Shown here in pieces: positions 11,726-25,185 of a DNA stretch of 64,000 nt (position 1 is its first letter; each line of letters opens with the position of its first letter). The DNA lies in NCBI GenBank assembly GCA_030390025.1, contig CM059449.1, positions 15,376,001 to 15,440,000 on the forward strand, read 5' to 3'. The notes beneath the pieces are model-generated. The model was given only the letters and a program-made list of their open reading frames with translations, made no database searches and had not been told where the DNA came from. Source of the stretch: Squalus acanthias (taxonomy: Eukaryota). A program made the translations under genes and the position numbers.

Positions 11726-12175
11726 GTGGGTGTGAGCTTCCTGACACCAGCTATTAAACAGCTCTCTCTATTAGTAGAAGAGACCTGTCTTTTTATAATA
11801 AATATATAATTGTATTTGTAACTGACTAGATTTTACTTGTCGGTTTTGTGTTACAATACATAATTGTCAGATCAGTTTCCATTTGACATTTTTGCTGAAT
11901 AATTAGCAGATATTCCAGTGGGAGCGTTTTCAGGGCAGATGTGGGCTGTGCTGAACTTCTGCCTGCCCCATGGATGTGTCCCTGTCCCAAATCCTGGAGT
12001 CTTGGGTATTTCCATATTGTGAGTCGGTGCCAATACTATTTCCCGCTTGAATAGGGAGCCAACTTTAGGTGAGAGTGGACTGGTCAGAAATGTAAGGGAC
12101 ATGAGGAGCTACATTTGAAAACTGAAAACTGCTGCTGCTGGAGGCCGGTTTTCTGAAAGCTCACGATCAATCAGC

Positions 12176-13220
12176 GATAAACGGGTCATTTTCCGGTTGA
12201 CAGACTGTAACTAGTGGGGTGCTGCAAGGATCAGTGCTTGGGCCTCAGCGATTTACAATCTATATTAATGACTTGGATGAAGGGACCGAGTGTAATGTAT
12301 CCAAGTTTGCTGACGATACAAAGCTAGGTGGGACAGCAAGCTGTGAGGACAACACAAAGAGACTGCAAAGGGATATAGAAAGGTTAAGTGAGTGGGCAAT
12401 AAGGTGGTAGATGGAGTCTAATGTGGAGAAATGTGAGGTTATTCACTTTGGTCGGAAGAATAGAGAAACAGATATTTTTTAAATGGTGAGAAACTATTAA
12501 ATGTTGGTGTTCAGAGGGATTTAGGTGTCCTCGTACAGGAAACACAGAAAGTTAGCATGAAGGTACAGCAAGCAATTAGGAAGGCAAATGGCATGTTGGC
12601 CTTTATTGCAAGGGGGTTGGAGTACAAGAGTAAGGAAGTCTTACTACAACTGTACAGGGCACTGGTGAGACCACACCTGGAGTACTGCATGCAGTTTTGG
12701 TCTCCTTATTTAAGGAAGGATATACTTGCATTGGAGGCAGTTCAGAGAAGGTTCACTTGATTGATCCCTGGGAGGAGAGGGTTGTCCGATGAGGAGAGAT
12801 TGAGTAGATTGGGACTATACTCTCTGGAGTTCAGAAGAATGAGAGGTGATCTCATTGAAACATATAATATTCTGAGGGGGGTTGACAGGGTCGATGCTGA
12901 GAGGTTGTTTCCCCTGGCTGGAGAGTCTAGAACTAGGGGGCATAGTCTCAGGATAAGTAGTCAGCCATTTAAGACCTTTCTTCACTCAGAGGGCTGTGAA
13001 TCTTTGGAATTCTCTACCCGAAAGGGCTGTGGATGCTGATTCATTGAGGATATTCAAGGCTGAGATAGAATGATTTTTGGACTCTAGGGGAATCAAGGGA
13101 TATGGGGATTGGGTGGGAAAGTGGAGTTGAGGTCGAAGATCAGCCATGATCTTATTGAATGGTGGAGCAGGCTCGAAGGGCTGTATGGCCGACTCCTGCT
13201 CCTATTTCTTATGTTCTTAT
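12176..13220 (+). mobile_element. CR1 LINE, 5'-truncated
   Basis: [16 protein letters not shown] and RPHLEYC motifs. 3' tail ...ctcctatttcttatgttctta. Confidence 0.9.
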
Positions 13221-13850
13221 TACATTTGGGAATTTCGCCTTTTAAATGTTAAATACCCCCCATGTCTTCAGCAACACTGAACACCAGGGATAGGGAAAAC
13301 GGAGTCAGTAAATTCTTTAAATGAAATTAGATAATTGCTTGAAATGAAGCATATTAAAGGGTGGGGGGTGTGAGTGGGACAGTGGAATTTGTTTGTCTGG
13401 ATTGGCCTATGATTTAATAATGGTCAATAACAATAGGTCATAGATTTAAAATCATTGGCAAAAAATCTAGTTGGGTGATGAGAAATTTATGATTCACCTC
13501 CCATTGTGGGGCAATAATCTGAGTTAAACAGGCAATAAGTGCGACTGCCTCAACTCAGCCGGTTTAAAATTACTCCACAATTGTCCTCAACACAAAGCGG
13601 CCTTTCCTGAATGTCCACCCAGAGCTTGCTCCACCACAATGTGCGTGGTCAACTCTTCCACTCTATTTTCCCCAACTTAAGCCCCAAACTCAACCCTAAT
13701 TAATCCCACCACCATTATATTGGGGTGGGGAGGATACTCGCTCACCAGGGTTGATGAACAAGAGGGCCGTTCACTTCATTTTCTTCCCAATGGAACCAGA
13801 AAATCAATGAGGACGAGCTGTCCAGTGCTACAGATTGTCTATTCTGACAA

Positions 13851-15272
13851 TGCGGAAAACTGCCCAAGTATGTCCTGTTCACAAAATGCAGGACAAATCC
13901 AATCCGGCCAATAACCGCCCCATCAGTCTATCCTCAATCATCAGCAAAGTGATGGAAGGTGTCATCGACAGTGCTATCAAGCGGCACTCATTTACCAATA
14001 ACCTGCTCCCTGATGCCCAGTTTGGGTTCCGCCAAGACCACTCGGCTCCCGACGTCATTACAGCCTTGGTCCAAACATGGACAAAGGAGCTGAATTCCAG
14101 AGGTGAGGGTGACTGCCCTTGACATCAAGGCAGCATTTGACCGAGTGTGGCATCAAGGAGCCCTAGTGAAACTGGCATCGGGGGGAGAAATCTCGAATGG
14201 CTGGAGTCATACCAAGCACAAAGGAATATTGTTGTGGTGGTTGAAGGTCAATCAGCACAGGCCCAGGACATCGTGGCAGGAGTTCCTCAGGGCAGTGTCC
14301 GAGGCCCAACCATCTTCAGCTGCTTCATCAATGACCTTCACTCCAACATAAGGTCAGAAATGGGGATGTTCGCTGATGCCTGCACAGTGTTCAGCGCCAT
14401 TCACAACTCATCAGATAATGAAGCACTCCATGCCCGCAAGCAACAAGACCTGGACGACGTTCAGACTTGGGTTGATAAGTGGCCGGTAACATTTGCGCCA
14501 CAGAAGTGCCAGGCAATGACAATCTCCAACAAACGAGTCTGACCACCGCCCCTTGACATTTAATGGTATTACCATCGCCGAATCCCCCACCATCAAAATC
14601 CTGGGAGTCACCATTGACCAGAAACTCAACTGGACCAGCCACATAAATACTGTGGCAACAAGAGCAGGTCAGAGGCTAGGTATTCTGCGGCGAGTGTCTC
14701 ACCTCCTGACTCCCCAAAGCCTTTCCATCATCTACAAGGCACAAGTAAGGAGTGTGATGGAATACTCTCCACTTGCCTGGATGAGTGCAGCTGCAGCAAC
14801 ACTCAAGAAGCTCGACACCATCCAGGACAAAGAAGCCCGCTTGATTGACACCCCATCCACCACCTTAAACATTCACTCCCTCCAACACCGGCGTACCGTG
14901 GCTGCAGTGTGCACCATCTACAAGATGCACTGCAGCAACTCGCCAAGGCTTCTTTGGCAGCACCTCCCAAACCCGCAAACTCTTCCACCTAGACAGACAA
15001 GGGCAGCAGGCGCATGGGAACATCACCACCTCCAAGATCCCCTCCAAGTCACACACCATCTTGATTTAGAAGTATATCGCCGATCCTTCATTGTCGCTGG
15101 GTCAAAATCCTGGAACTCCCTCACTAACAGCACTGTGGGGGTACCTTCACTGCACGGACTGCAGCGGTTCAAGAAGGTGGCTCACCACCACCTTCTCAAG
15201 GGCAATTAGGGATGGGCAATAAATGCTGGCCTTGCCAGCGACGCCCAAAACCCATAAACGAATAAAAAAAAA
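13851..15272 (+). mobile_element. Non-LTR retrotransposon, second CR1/L2-group family (family B), 5'-truncated
   Basis: RPISL, ALDIKAAFDRVWH, GVPQGS and FAD motifs across frameshifted ORFs. Tail gggcaataaatgctggccttgccagcgacgccc followed by poly(A). Confidence 0.9.
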
Positions 15273-15274
15273 TT

Positions 15275-15505
15275 ATAGGCCAGACCGGGTAAGGGCGGCA
15301 TATTTCCTTCCCTAAAGTACAATAGTGAACTAGCTGGGTTTTTACGACAATCCGGTACTTTCATGGTTTACCATTACTGATTCTAGCTTTAAATTCCAGA
15401 TTTGTTTTAATTTAATTAATTTATTTCGTTTGAACTCATGTCCCCAGATCATTACTCCAGGCCTTTGGATTACTCGTCCAGTAACATAAACATTATGCTA
15501 CCGTA
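15275..15505 (-). mobile_element. tRNA-derived SINE family 2 (5' part)
   Basis: Matches the head and body of the copy at 52772-53148. Confidence 0.7.
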
Positions 15506-16827
15506 GCCGCAACTTTGATGCCATCAGTCCAGCACAGACTGATGGCATCAAAGTCTCCTCTCTTTGCTGTAAGATTACCATAAGAAAGTAATCCCTAATT
15601 TGGTATTAATTGGTATTATATTGCATATCCTACTCAGAGATGCAAGAAGGATATATGGTATGAGAAATAAAAATGTCAGAGTGGTGCAGTGCCGTGTACA
15701 TCTTCGGGGGTTAAGACATGATACAGGAGGTCAGAAAGAGGGGTTGCTTGCGTCATATCTGCCCAGGAAGTGGTTAATGCTGAACCTAGATACCTCAAAT
15801 GGGAAAATGTCCCACTTCTCAAACCTAGTATTCCGGCCCTTCAGGAACAGGAAAATAACACCCAAGAATAAAAAAAAGTCGGAAAGTACAGTGTAGCAAA
15901 ACAGACATGATTTATGCGCAACCATTTTCCGATTTCTTACCAGACTCATCCTTTGCAACAACGTTACAGATTATGAGCGGCATAATTCAATCAAGAGCTT
16001 CATTCTCCAAATAAATGTAAGATATTCTTCCATACATGCAAGAGTTCCTTCATCTACATATTCCTCACAAAGCAATTTTCAAATGCAGAAAGATTAATAA
16101 CACACTGGGCAAACAACTGGAACATCTGTGCATACATTGCATGGGTCTGTAAAGCCTTCTGCTGTCTGTGTAATATAAGTGACGTGGTACTTGCGTTGCT
16201 GATCGGTGGCTTTAAGTGCGATAATAGAATTATTCAGGGCTCAACAGGAGATATCGAAAGTATTGATTGGAAGAGAGAAAGGACATCTGTTCCAACTGTT
16301 GATTCATATCCGTTCCTGGGGATCATGGTGGGCTTCAATTGGTCAATCCTTTGCTCGGAAGTGGCTAAATGCACTTTTTAATCATTTACTCGTCTTTATT
16401 GGCTCAGAGTTTCCATAAGACTTCGTGAAGTGCTTTGAGGCCATTTTTTATATTAAAGGCGTTATATAAAAGCATCGCCTGGGCTGAGCTAGCAGAAAAA
16501 TCTGGGGGAAGAGAAGCGCACACCCCTTACAGAACCTCATTCTTCCATTGGTTTTTGTGGAAGGAAAATCAGGCAAATTCGGTTCTGTTAGAGGCTTGAG
16601 ATGCTCTGCGCTTGATTTCCCATGCTGCGCTGGCTTAATCAATGATGGTAGAGATGAAAATCTAGCCGAGTCTCAGCATAGTTAAATATCCAACTAATAA
16701 TCCTACCAGTAAGTGTGATACAGAAAGATGAATTTCAGCTGCGAAATTCGGAGGGGCTATCACCAGTCACTCACTGTAACTTCCAAGGAAACGGCGTAAA
16801 ACACGGAAGAATCGCCGTTTATAACGT

Positions 16828-17192
16828 CCGTGCTATGGATATGGACTTTCAAAAGGCATTTGATCAGTTAGCAAATTTGAAGCCATGGGGTTAAAGGGCC
16901 AGTGGCAGCATGGATACGAAATTGGCTAAGAGACAGAAATCAGAGTGTAGTGGTGAACGGTTTGTTTTTCAGACTGGAGAGATGTATACAGTGATGTTCC
17001 CTAGGGGTCAGTATTAGGACCACTGCTCATTTTGATGTACTGTGACCTGGACTTGCTTATGCAGGGCACAATTTCAAAGCTTGCAGATGATACAAAACTT
17101 GGAAATGTAGTGAACAATGAGGAGGATAGTAGCAGACTTGAGGAAGACATAGACAGACTGGTGAAATGGGCAGGCACACGGCAGATGCAATT
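16828..17192 (+). mobile_element. Degenerate CR1 RT fragment
   Basis: MDFQKAFD-like and SKLADDTKLG motifs. Confidence 0.75.
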
Positions 17193-17993
17193 GTACACCA
17201 GGCTCAATTTTCTTATCCGTTGAAGTCGATGGACAGCGAATTTGAAATCGCCAACTGTAGACCTTCGGCCAAAGTTTAAATTACACTCAATGAGCAGCTA
17301 TCTGTAGAGATTCTAAATGCATTCGACACCCACCCCAGAACTCTCCCTTCATGAGATGTTGGTCTCTTCTGCATCCTGCCTCATTTCGCCCCACCACTGG
17401 CGTCCAGTCCCTCAGAATCCTTCAGGCATCACGCTCCGGATTTCTCTCCCTACCCCCGCCCCCCCGCCCCCCCCCCGCCCCGCAACTCCACTTCCCACTC
17501 CTCTAAGACAATCCTTCAAGCCCACCTCTTTGACTTACTTTTGGGCAACCCTCCCAATATCTCATTTTTGGCTCAGAGTTCCTTAAGACTTTGTGAAGTG
17601 CTTGGGGGCATTTTCGACATTAAAGGTAATGCAAGTAGTTATGAAGAATATTTTCTTTTGGCGATGGTGTAAGTCGTTGCATATCCTGCCCGATTTAACT
17701 TTCCTTTAACACCAATGAAAAGGGTGTATAACTTGTGGACGGTCCGTGGGTTTTACACCATCGCTGAAAGTAAAGATGACCCATAAATCGATTTCAATTA
17801 AAATAAGACGCTTTTTATAATGGGCGGATGATACACTGCTTCAGATTACTGCCCAGGCAGTGCAGATGAAAATTGCCCGCTACAAATCCCTCACACAACC
17901 TTCCTCACTCTTGCAGCCAGAACTAGAAGTGATTTGCAGGACAGATATGACTCAGTCAGTGGTTCTTAAGGTAATGGTAGCCATGAACTTTTA

Positions 17994-18889
17994 GGGGTAA
18001 AAATTCAGTTGGTTGCGCCTCCCGTTAGCGCCTTAAGAGGGCGCTAATGGGGCGCAAAGCCGCTAACGCCCGGGCGCAGCGATGTTTGCGCCTCTCGAGA
18101 ACTTAACTTGAGATTGTGCGGCGGCGCTAAAACTTACCGCTGCGACCACCTGCGCACGCAGATTGTGACGTCATTCCATGGTGCAACGCCCTTGGGGCGC
18201 CCCGTAGCGGAAATTGAGTGGCGCCCCCTGCCTTACCGCCTGGCGCTTCCAACGACCAGAAGACTGGAACGCTATCAATCGCTGTGGGGCTGGGGGGGGG
18301 GGCGCTATTTAAAGGGGGCCTCTTCCTGTCTTTTATTGTTGGTGGCATTTTTGAACTACGCATTCTGAGAGAGAGAGGGAGAGACTTCTGGAGAGATTCA
18401 ACGTTGTGTGAAGGAGTTTTGGGTACTGAGCAGCACTTTGCAGGTTCATTTTGATTTGCCATTCCTTGTATCGATTTAGCAGAGACCGTGGGAGCTGCAC
18501 TCTGAGCTCTTTGCCTGGTGCTCTCCATTGTTCTTTCCAGCACATTTGATGTGCAAGTCTCTCCAGGCCGAGATTCAAGGCAGCAATAAACAGGATGTGG
18601 ATGGAAAGCAAGATTAACCATCCCCTTTAAGAACTGGCCCGTGCCATTGTGTGTGTGTTCCATTGCTGACTGACATTACATGAGCTTCGCCAGCGCTCCG
18701 AGTTAGCGCCTCACTGCTCGGCCTTTGCGCCTTAAGAGAGGTGTGCAGCGCCTGCTTTAGCGCTCCACTCACCTCCCGGGGCGGTAAAAGTGAAGTTTCC
18801 CGTCAGTGCCGATAATTAGCGCCAGGCGCTAATATTTGCATCCGGACGATATTTGCGCCCCAAATGGGGCGCGACCTAATTTCTACCCC
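17994..18889. mobile_element. Non-autonomous PIF/Harbinger-type DNA transposon (MITE)
   Basis: Termini GGGGTAAAAATT and AATTTCTACCCC form an 11/12 inverted match. Flanked by TTA at 17991-17993 and 18890-18892. Subterminal GC-rich gcgcc repeats. Confidence 0.8.
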
Positions 18890-19224
18890 TTACACTACTA
18901 ACACCTTCCAAACAACAGTAGGAGGTCCCTGTCTAGTCTCCCAAACTGCAGTGCAACATTGCATTGTATATGTTACCCTTGTATTTCCAGGCCAGTAAAT
19001 TAAACTATTTCTCCATGGAAAAAAATACACAAGCCATTAACTTGCAAAGGGGCTATGCCATGAGCTTGAAAAGACAAGTAGCAGCACTCAACTAACAGAC
19101 AGTGACTACAACCAAGTGCACGAACACATCTGTGCACACCACACCAATCACATACCAAGAGTCTTAAACCTGGCTCTAATAGATAGCACATTCAATTACG
19201 TGCACGAAACATTCATGTTTAAAA

Positions 19225-19622
19225 ATTCTTTCACGGGATGTAGGCGTTACTGGCAAGGCCAGCATTTATTGCCCATCCCTAATTGCCCTTGAGAAGGTGG
19301 TGGTGAGCCGCCTTCTTGAGCCGCTGCAGTCCTTGTGATGAAGGTGCTCCCACAGTGCTGACTTTGTTGCAGCGGTTTGGTACAACTGAGTGGCTTGCTA
19401 GGCCATTTCAGAGGGCACAGTTAAGAATCAACCACATTGCTGTGGGTCTAGAGTCACATATAGGCCAGACCAGGTAAGGACGGCAGATTTCCTTCCCTGA
19501 AGGACATTAGCAAACCAGTTGGGTTTTTCCGACAATCCGGTAGTTTCATGGTCACCATTAGTGATACTAGTTTTTAATTACAGATTTATTTAATTAACTG
19601 AATTTAAATTCCCCAGCTGCCG
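19225..19622 (-). mobile_element. tRNA-derived SINE family 2 with LINE family-B 3' tail
   Basis: Tail is nearly identical to the family-B LINE end. Body matches 52772-53148. Confidence 0.75.
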
Positions 19623-20074
19623 TAGTTTAGTTTAGTTCAGTTTATTAAATAATGCACACAATAATTTTCATACATCACACTCGCCAAGTAAGTCATAGCA
19701 ATCATTGCTCATAGCATAGAAAAAAGCTTTCCCCAACTATCGCGTCCTGTTCCATCTCAAAATTAGAATTCCAATTATTGGAAAATTTATTTTTCCCATC
19801 AGCTTGTGGTGCTCATGTGTTCAGTGTGTTTACCTTCATGCTTCCCCTTTGTGACAGTGTATGATGCATGTCATTGTTGTCGCCCTGCACTTCTAATGTT
19901 TCCCCAGTAGGAGGAACAAGTGAGGTGGATGTCTGTTGCACGTCAGTGTCTGCCTCCAACGATAATCCATACCTCGTCGCCCTAGGTCAGTAGACGTTCC
20001 AGCAGCTACAGGCGCCATGGGCATTAATTCAGTATCTATCTGAGCCCGTACACCATTTGGAGCCATTTAAGCGG

Positions 20075-20680
20075 ACGCTGGGTATTCTGCAGCGAGTGTC
20101 TCACCTCCTGACTCCCCAAAGCCTTTCCACTACCTACAAAGCACAAGTCAGGAGTGTGATGGAATACTCTCCACTTGCCTGGATGAGTGCAGCTCCAACA
20201 ACACTCAAGAAGCTCGACACCATCTAGGACAAAGCAGCCCACTTGATTGGCACCCCATTCACCACCTTAAACATTCACTCTTCCACCACCGGCGCACTGT
20301 CGCTGCAGTGTGTACTATCTACAAGATGCACTGCAGCAACTCGCCAAGACATCTTCGAAAGCACCTACCAAACCCGCGACCTCTACCACTTAGAAGGACA
20401 AGAGCAGCAGGCGCATGGGAACACCACCACCTCCAGGTTCCCCATCAGGTCACACACCATCCTGACTTGGAACTATATCGCCGATCCATCATCGTCGCTG
20501 GGTCAAAACCCTGGAACTCCCTCCCTAACAGCACTGTGGGAGTACCTTCACCACACGGACTGCAGCAGTTCAAGTAGGGGGCTCAGCACCACCTTCTCAA
20601 GGGCAATTGGGGATGGGCAATAAATGCTGGCCTTGCCAGTAACGCCCACATCCCGTGAATGAATAACCCAAATTAAAAAG
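20075..20680 (+). mobile_element. LINE family B 3' fragment
   Basis: Near-identical to 14680-15270. Confidence 0.88.
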
Positions 20681-20946
20681 CTGCGACGTTGTAAAGCATT
20701 GATGTAACGTTATCCTGAACAACTTTTCCATTATCATTATCATTGTCATCTCCTGCCATTGCCTTACTATTAGGCTCACTGACAGCGTGATCAAAGATGT
20801 GTGTAGGAGCAGATTTCTGATAAACAATGAGGTTTTTGAAGCCTTGCACCTGAACTTCATTCCTTTACATGGTGGATCCAAGCATTAAAGAATACTGTGG
20901 AGCTCAAGGCATCGAGGGCTCCAGTTAAAACATGCATGACTGTTAG

Positions 20947-21388
20947 TGTCAGCCAAGGCTCAGTTGGTAGCACTCTCGCCTCAGAGCCAGAGGGGTTGTG
21001 TGGATCACAGTCCCACTTCAGCACAAACATCTAGGCTGACACTCCAGTGCAGTGCTGAGGGAGTGCGGCACTGTCTTTCGGATGAGATGTTAAACTGAGG
21101 CCCCGCTCTGCTCTCTCAGGTGGATGTAAAAGATCCTATCGGCACTATTTCGAAGAAGAACAGGGAGATATCCTGGCCAATATTTATCCCTAAATCCACA
21201 TCACTAAAACAGATTATCTCTTTTTTTAACACATTGCTGTTTGTGGGAGCTTGCTGTGCGCAAATTGGCTGCCACGTTTCCTACATTACAACAGTGACTA
21301 CACTTCAAAAGTACTTCATTGGGTGTAAAGCTCTTTGGGACGTCCGGTGGTTGTGAAAGGCGCTATATAAATGCAAGTCTTTCTTTTC
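20947..21388 (+). mobile_element. tRNA-headed SINE with Deu-domain-like core and L2-type tail (SacSINE1-like)
   Basis: A-box ggctcagttgg, core ggatgagatgttaaac...aaaagatcc...ggcactatt, tail gaaaggcgctatataaatgcaagt. Confidence 0.8.
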
Positions 21389-21768
21389 TTAGGACCTCAT
21401 CCAAGGAGGCCTCCACTGCTGAATGCTCTGGAATGTACCATCCTTTTCACGGTCTGGCCCTCAGTCATCTAGACCTGCAGCACCGCACAAATGTGTGCTG
21501 GGGAATTCTATAGACATTACCAAAGTGTACAGGCTACTTGACACTCTCTAAAATGATTGCGGGAGCTACTGATGCTCAGCTACCAAACTGCCTTTGTAGA
21601 TAGTCCTTGTGATTTGTAGGACCCGGTTAGGACGGTAATCCGCCGGGTTAGAGCTATCTTGTTGCTGTTGCTTACTGGGCAATCCCCCACGTTATCTTGT
21701 CGATGCCAGTGTCATAGCGGTGCTGGAACTGCTTGGCTAAGGGAGCGGCAAAGTAGCACAGGTCTATA

Positions 21769-21819
21769 GCGGGGCGGGGGGGGGGGGGGGGGGGGGGGGG
21801 GGGGCGGGGGGCGGGGGGA
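21769..21819 (+). repeat. Poly-G / GGGGC tract
   Basis: About 50 nt, almost pure G. Confidence 0.9.
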
Positions 21820-22411
21820 GATGTTGATTGTTTGTAACAAATTTGCAATTTACTAACTGTTCTGTAACATAATTATGCAATTATCAGAATTATGCGATTA
21901 GTTTGTTCAGACAACGTTGTTCCTTGTCCGGGTTGCCTCTTTTTATATTGCTTTATTTATTTTTATAATTTATTCATTAAATATGAAAATATATAAAAGC
22001 AAATCAGAAGTAGCAGCAAGCGCCTCTGAAAGCATCTTTATCAGATTCTCTGCAGAATAAATATTACCACATCTTAATTTGAGTTAAATATGGTATTTTT
22101 GGGCTATTGCTATTAGAATATAGTTTGATTATTATATGAATGGATAAAGTGATTATAACGCTAGCAGTGGGATGTATTTTTAGCATGCAACTACCAGTGG
22201 TCCACGGGGATTGCCCATAGAATGCAGTTACCTCTATCTCTTTCACCTTCTAACAAGGTCTCTCTCTGTTTTATCCTTACTGCCTCTCTCTCTCTTGAAA
22301 ACACAATCCCTCTATTTTTCAGAACAGCCACTCCCTCTCTCTCTCTCTCTCATCCTAGTAACAGATGCTCTATTTTCCCTTCAGCAAGCTCCTTCTAAGT
22401 GGGATAGCATC

Positions 22412-23233
22412 TGTAAGAATATGAGCATGTGCCGTAATCTTTTGCTGTAAAAGTTTGCTGCAACATAACCAAACTTAAAAAAGTTGACCAAATTTAATAT
22501 ACCAGCATGCTTCGGGAGGCTGAGCGGCTGGTTCCTGTGAGAACTTTGTACGAAAAGTCTGACAGATAAAGAAGGCCTTGAACAGGAACAGAGACTTTCT
22601 GCTCCAAATGTAAAATAGACTGCTACGGTTGTAAGATGTGAAGGCTGCCAGCTGCCTTCTAACAGATAAGGAAGACAGACATTGAGAGTTCTGTAAAGAC
22701 AAGCTATTGAACTGTGGAACCATTGCAAAAACAGGAACATCTTCTGACTTTGGGATGTAACCGGCCTTGAGGCCCACTGACTGACTGACCACTGATAAGA
22801 AGAAGAGAAAACAACTACTGACTATTACTCACATAGTTTGGGACACGTATGCAGTGGGCGGGTTGCCAAGTTTTAAGGTATAAAAGATGCTGTAAAAAGA
22901 CATTCGGGGCGGCAGTCGGGGGCAACTTGGTCGGTTGCCAGTTAAAGTCATACGTCTAGTCATCGCCGAACTGACCAGTCGTGCTAGTACATATGTAGTG
23001 TTGGCTTATTATCACTTGATCTTAAAGTCAGGGAATAAACCTGGGCATGCTTAGATATAATCATGAGTATTATATGCAACAGTTTTGCGTGAGCTTACTT
23101 GTAACCTCTTGCTGATTTTAAGTAAAGGAAGTTATTCTTGAATCCTTGGGTTTTGTGTTGTCTGTTCGACGGGTCTCAACTTTGGAAACTGTTTGACGGG
23201 TTAAAGGACAAGAGTGAATTTAAACGTCTTACA
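22412..23233 (+). mobile_element. Solo LTR (822 bp; Gypsy or ERV type)
   Basis: TGTAAGA...TCTTACA 7-bp inverted ends, 4-bp TSD CATC (22408-22411, 23234-23237), TATAAAA at 22879, AATAAA at 23034. Confidence 0.85.
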
Positions 23234-23309
23234 CATCTGTTCCAGCAGGATGTACAAACAGCTGAAAGCAGATTGCAGACTGGAGAATAGAGGAACCGTG
23301 TTAATATTA

Positions 23310-24010
23310 CTGGGGGTATATGTGCACAAATCGTTGAAGGCGACAGGGCCGGTTGAGAAAGCGGTTAAAAAAGCATACGGGATCCTATAAATAGTGGCAT
23401 AGAGTAAAAAAGCAAGGAAGTTATGATGAACCTGTATAAAACACTGGTTCGGCCTCAACTGGAGAATTGCGTCCAATTCTGGGCACCGCACTTTAGGAAG
23501 GATGTGAAGGTCTTAGAGAGGCTGCAGAACAGATTTACGAGAATTATTCCAGGGATGAGGGACTTCAGTTACGTGGATAGACTAGAGAAGCTGGGGTTGT
23601 TCTCCTTAGAGCAGAGAAGGTTGAGAGGAGATTTGACAGATGTGTTCAAAATCATGAGGGGTCTGGACAGAGTAGATAGAGAGAAACTGTTCCCATTGAC
23701 GGAAAGGTCAAGAACTAGAGGACACAGATTTCAGGTGATTGGCAAAAGAACCAAAGGTGACATGAGGAAAACCTTTTTACATAGGGAGGGGTTATGATCT
23801 GGAATGCACTGCCTGAAAGGGTGGTGGAGGCAGACTCAATTGTGGCTTTCAAAAGGGAATTGTATAAGTACCTGAAGGAAAAAAATTGCAGGGCTACGGG
23901 GAAAGGGCGGGGGAGTGGGACGAGCTGAAGTGCTCTTGCAGAGAGCCGGCACGGGCTCGACGGGCCGAATGGCCTCCTTCTGTGCTGTAACCATTCCATG
24001 ATTCCATGAT
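23310..24010 (+). mobile_element. CR1 LINE 3' fragment
   Basis: LYKTLVRPQLE.CVQFW and LEQRRLRGDL motifs. Tail ccattccatgattccatga. Confidence 0.88.
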
Positions 24011-24389
24011 TAGAGCCAGTAGTGGGAGAAGCTGGCTAGAAGCGGGCAATAATGAAAGAAAGAAATTAAATATATTGGGAATTGAAACAAAAATAAAAAA
24101 AAAGGAACAGAATAAAAGCAGAAACTGGAAAGAGATTTGTCGCTTGCAGACTGTCTTAATAGTACCGTCACTGTCTTGAGGAACAGGTTCGAACTTTCGA
24201 CAGTGTTTGAACCAATTGGAACCTGAACTCGGATTCGCTGTTTTGAATTGTCCTCATATTGGCAGGTAGCTATGAGATATTTGGCTAGTCCCAGGTTTGC
24301 GGTCTGTCAGCTCATCTTTAAGAGCAAGGCTTCAGCAGAGTTCACCGAAAAGTGCCTCAGCGTTGGTGTCACACAAGAGACCAATCAGA

Positions 24390-25185
24390 TCACAGAACCT
24401 GTATTACATTTTGGTAGGAAGAATAGGGAGGTCACTTGGAGGGTGCGAGTCTAGGTGGGGTAGAGGAACAAAGGGATCTCGGAGTACAAATACACAAATC
24501 ACTAAAAGTTGCGACACAGGTTAGCAAGGCCATAAAAAAGCAAACCAAGCACTAGGGTTTATTTCTAGAGGGTAGAATTGAAAGGTAGGGAAGTTATGCT
24601 AAACCTGTATCGAATCTTGGTTAGACCACACTTAGAGTACTGTGTACAGTTCTGGTTATTATAAAAAGGATATAGAGGCACTGGAGAGGGTGCAGAGAAG
24701 ATTTCCAAGGATGATACCAGGAATGCGATGGTATACATATCAGGAAAGGATGAACAGGCTGGGTCTCTTTTCTCTTGAAAAAAGAAGGCTGAGGGGTGAC
24801 CTAATAGAGGTCTATAGATTTATAAAAGGTTTTGATAGAGTGGATACAGAGAGAATGTTTCCATTTGTGGGGAAGAGCATAACTAGAGGCCATCAATATG
24901 AGATAGACACCAAGAAATCCAATAGGGAATTCAGAAGAAACTTCTTTACCCAAAGAGTGGTGAGAATGTGGAACTCGCTACCACAGGGAGTGGTTGAGGC
25001 GAATAGTATAGATGCATTTAAGGGGAGGCTAGACAAGCATATGAGGGAGAAGGGGATAGAGGGTTATGCTGATAGATTTAGATGAGAAAGATGGGAGGAG
25101 GCTCGAGTGGAGCATAAACGCCGGCATGGACTGGTTGGGCCGAATGGCCTGTTTCTGTGCCGTATATCCTATGTAATCCTATGTA
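24390..25185 (+). mobile_element. CR1 LINE 3' fragment
   Basis: ORF 24642-25085 encodes the CR1 C-terminus. Tail tatcctatgtaatcctatgta. Confidence 0.88.

Noticed and set aside
20947-21030. tRNA genes at SINE heads
   Set aside because: The A/B-box-like sequences continue into SINE core and tail and do not form a complete cloverleaf.
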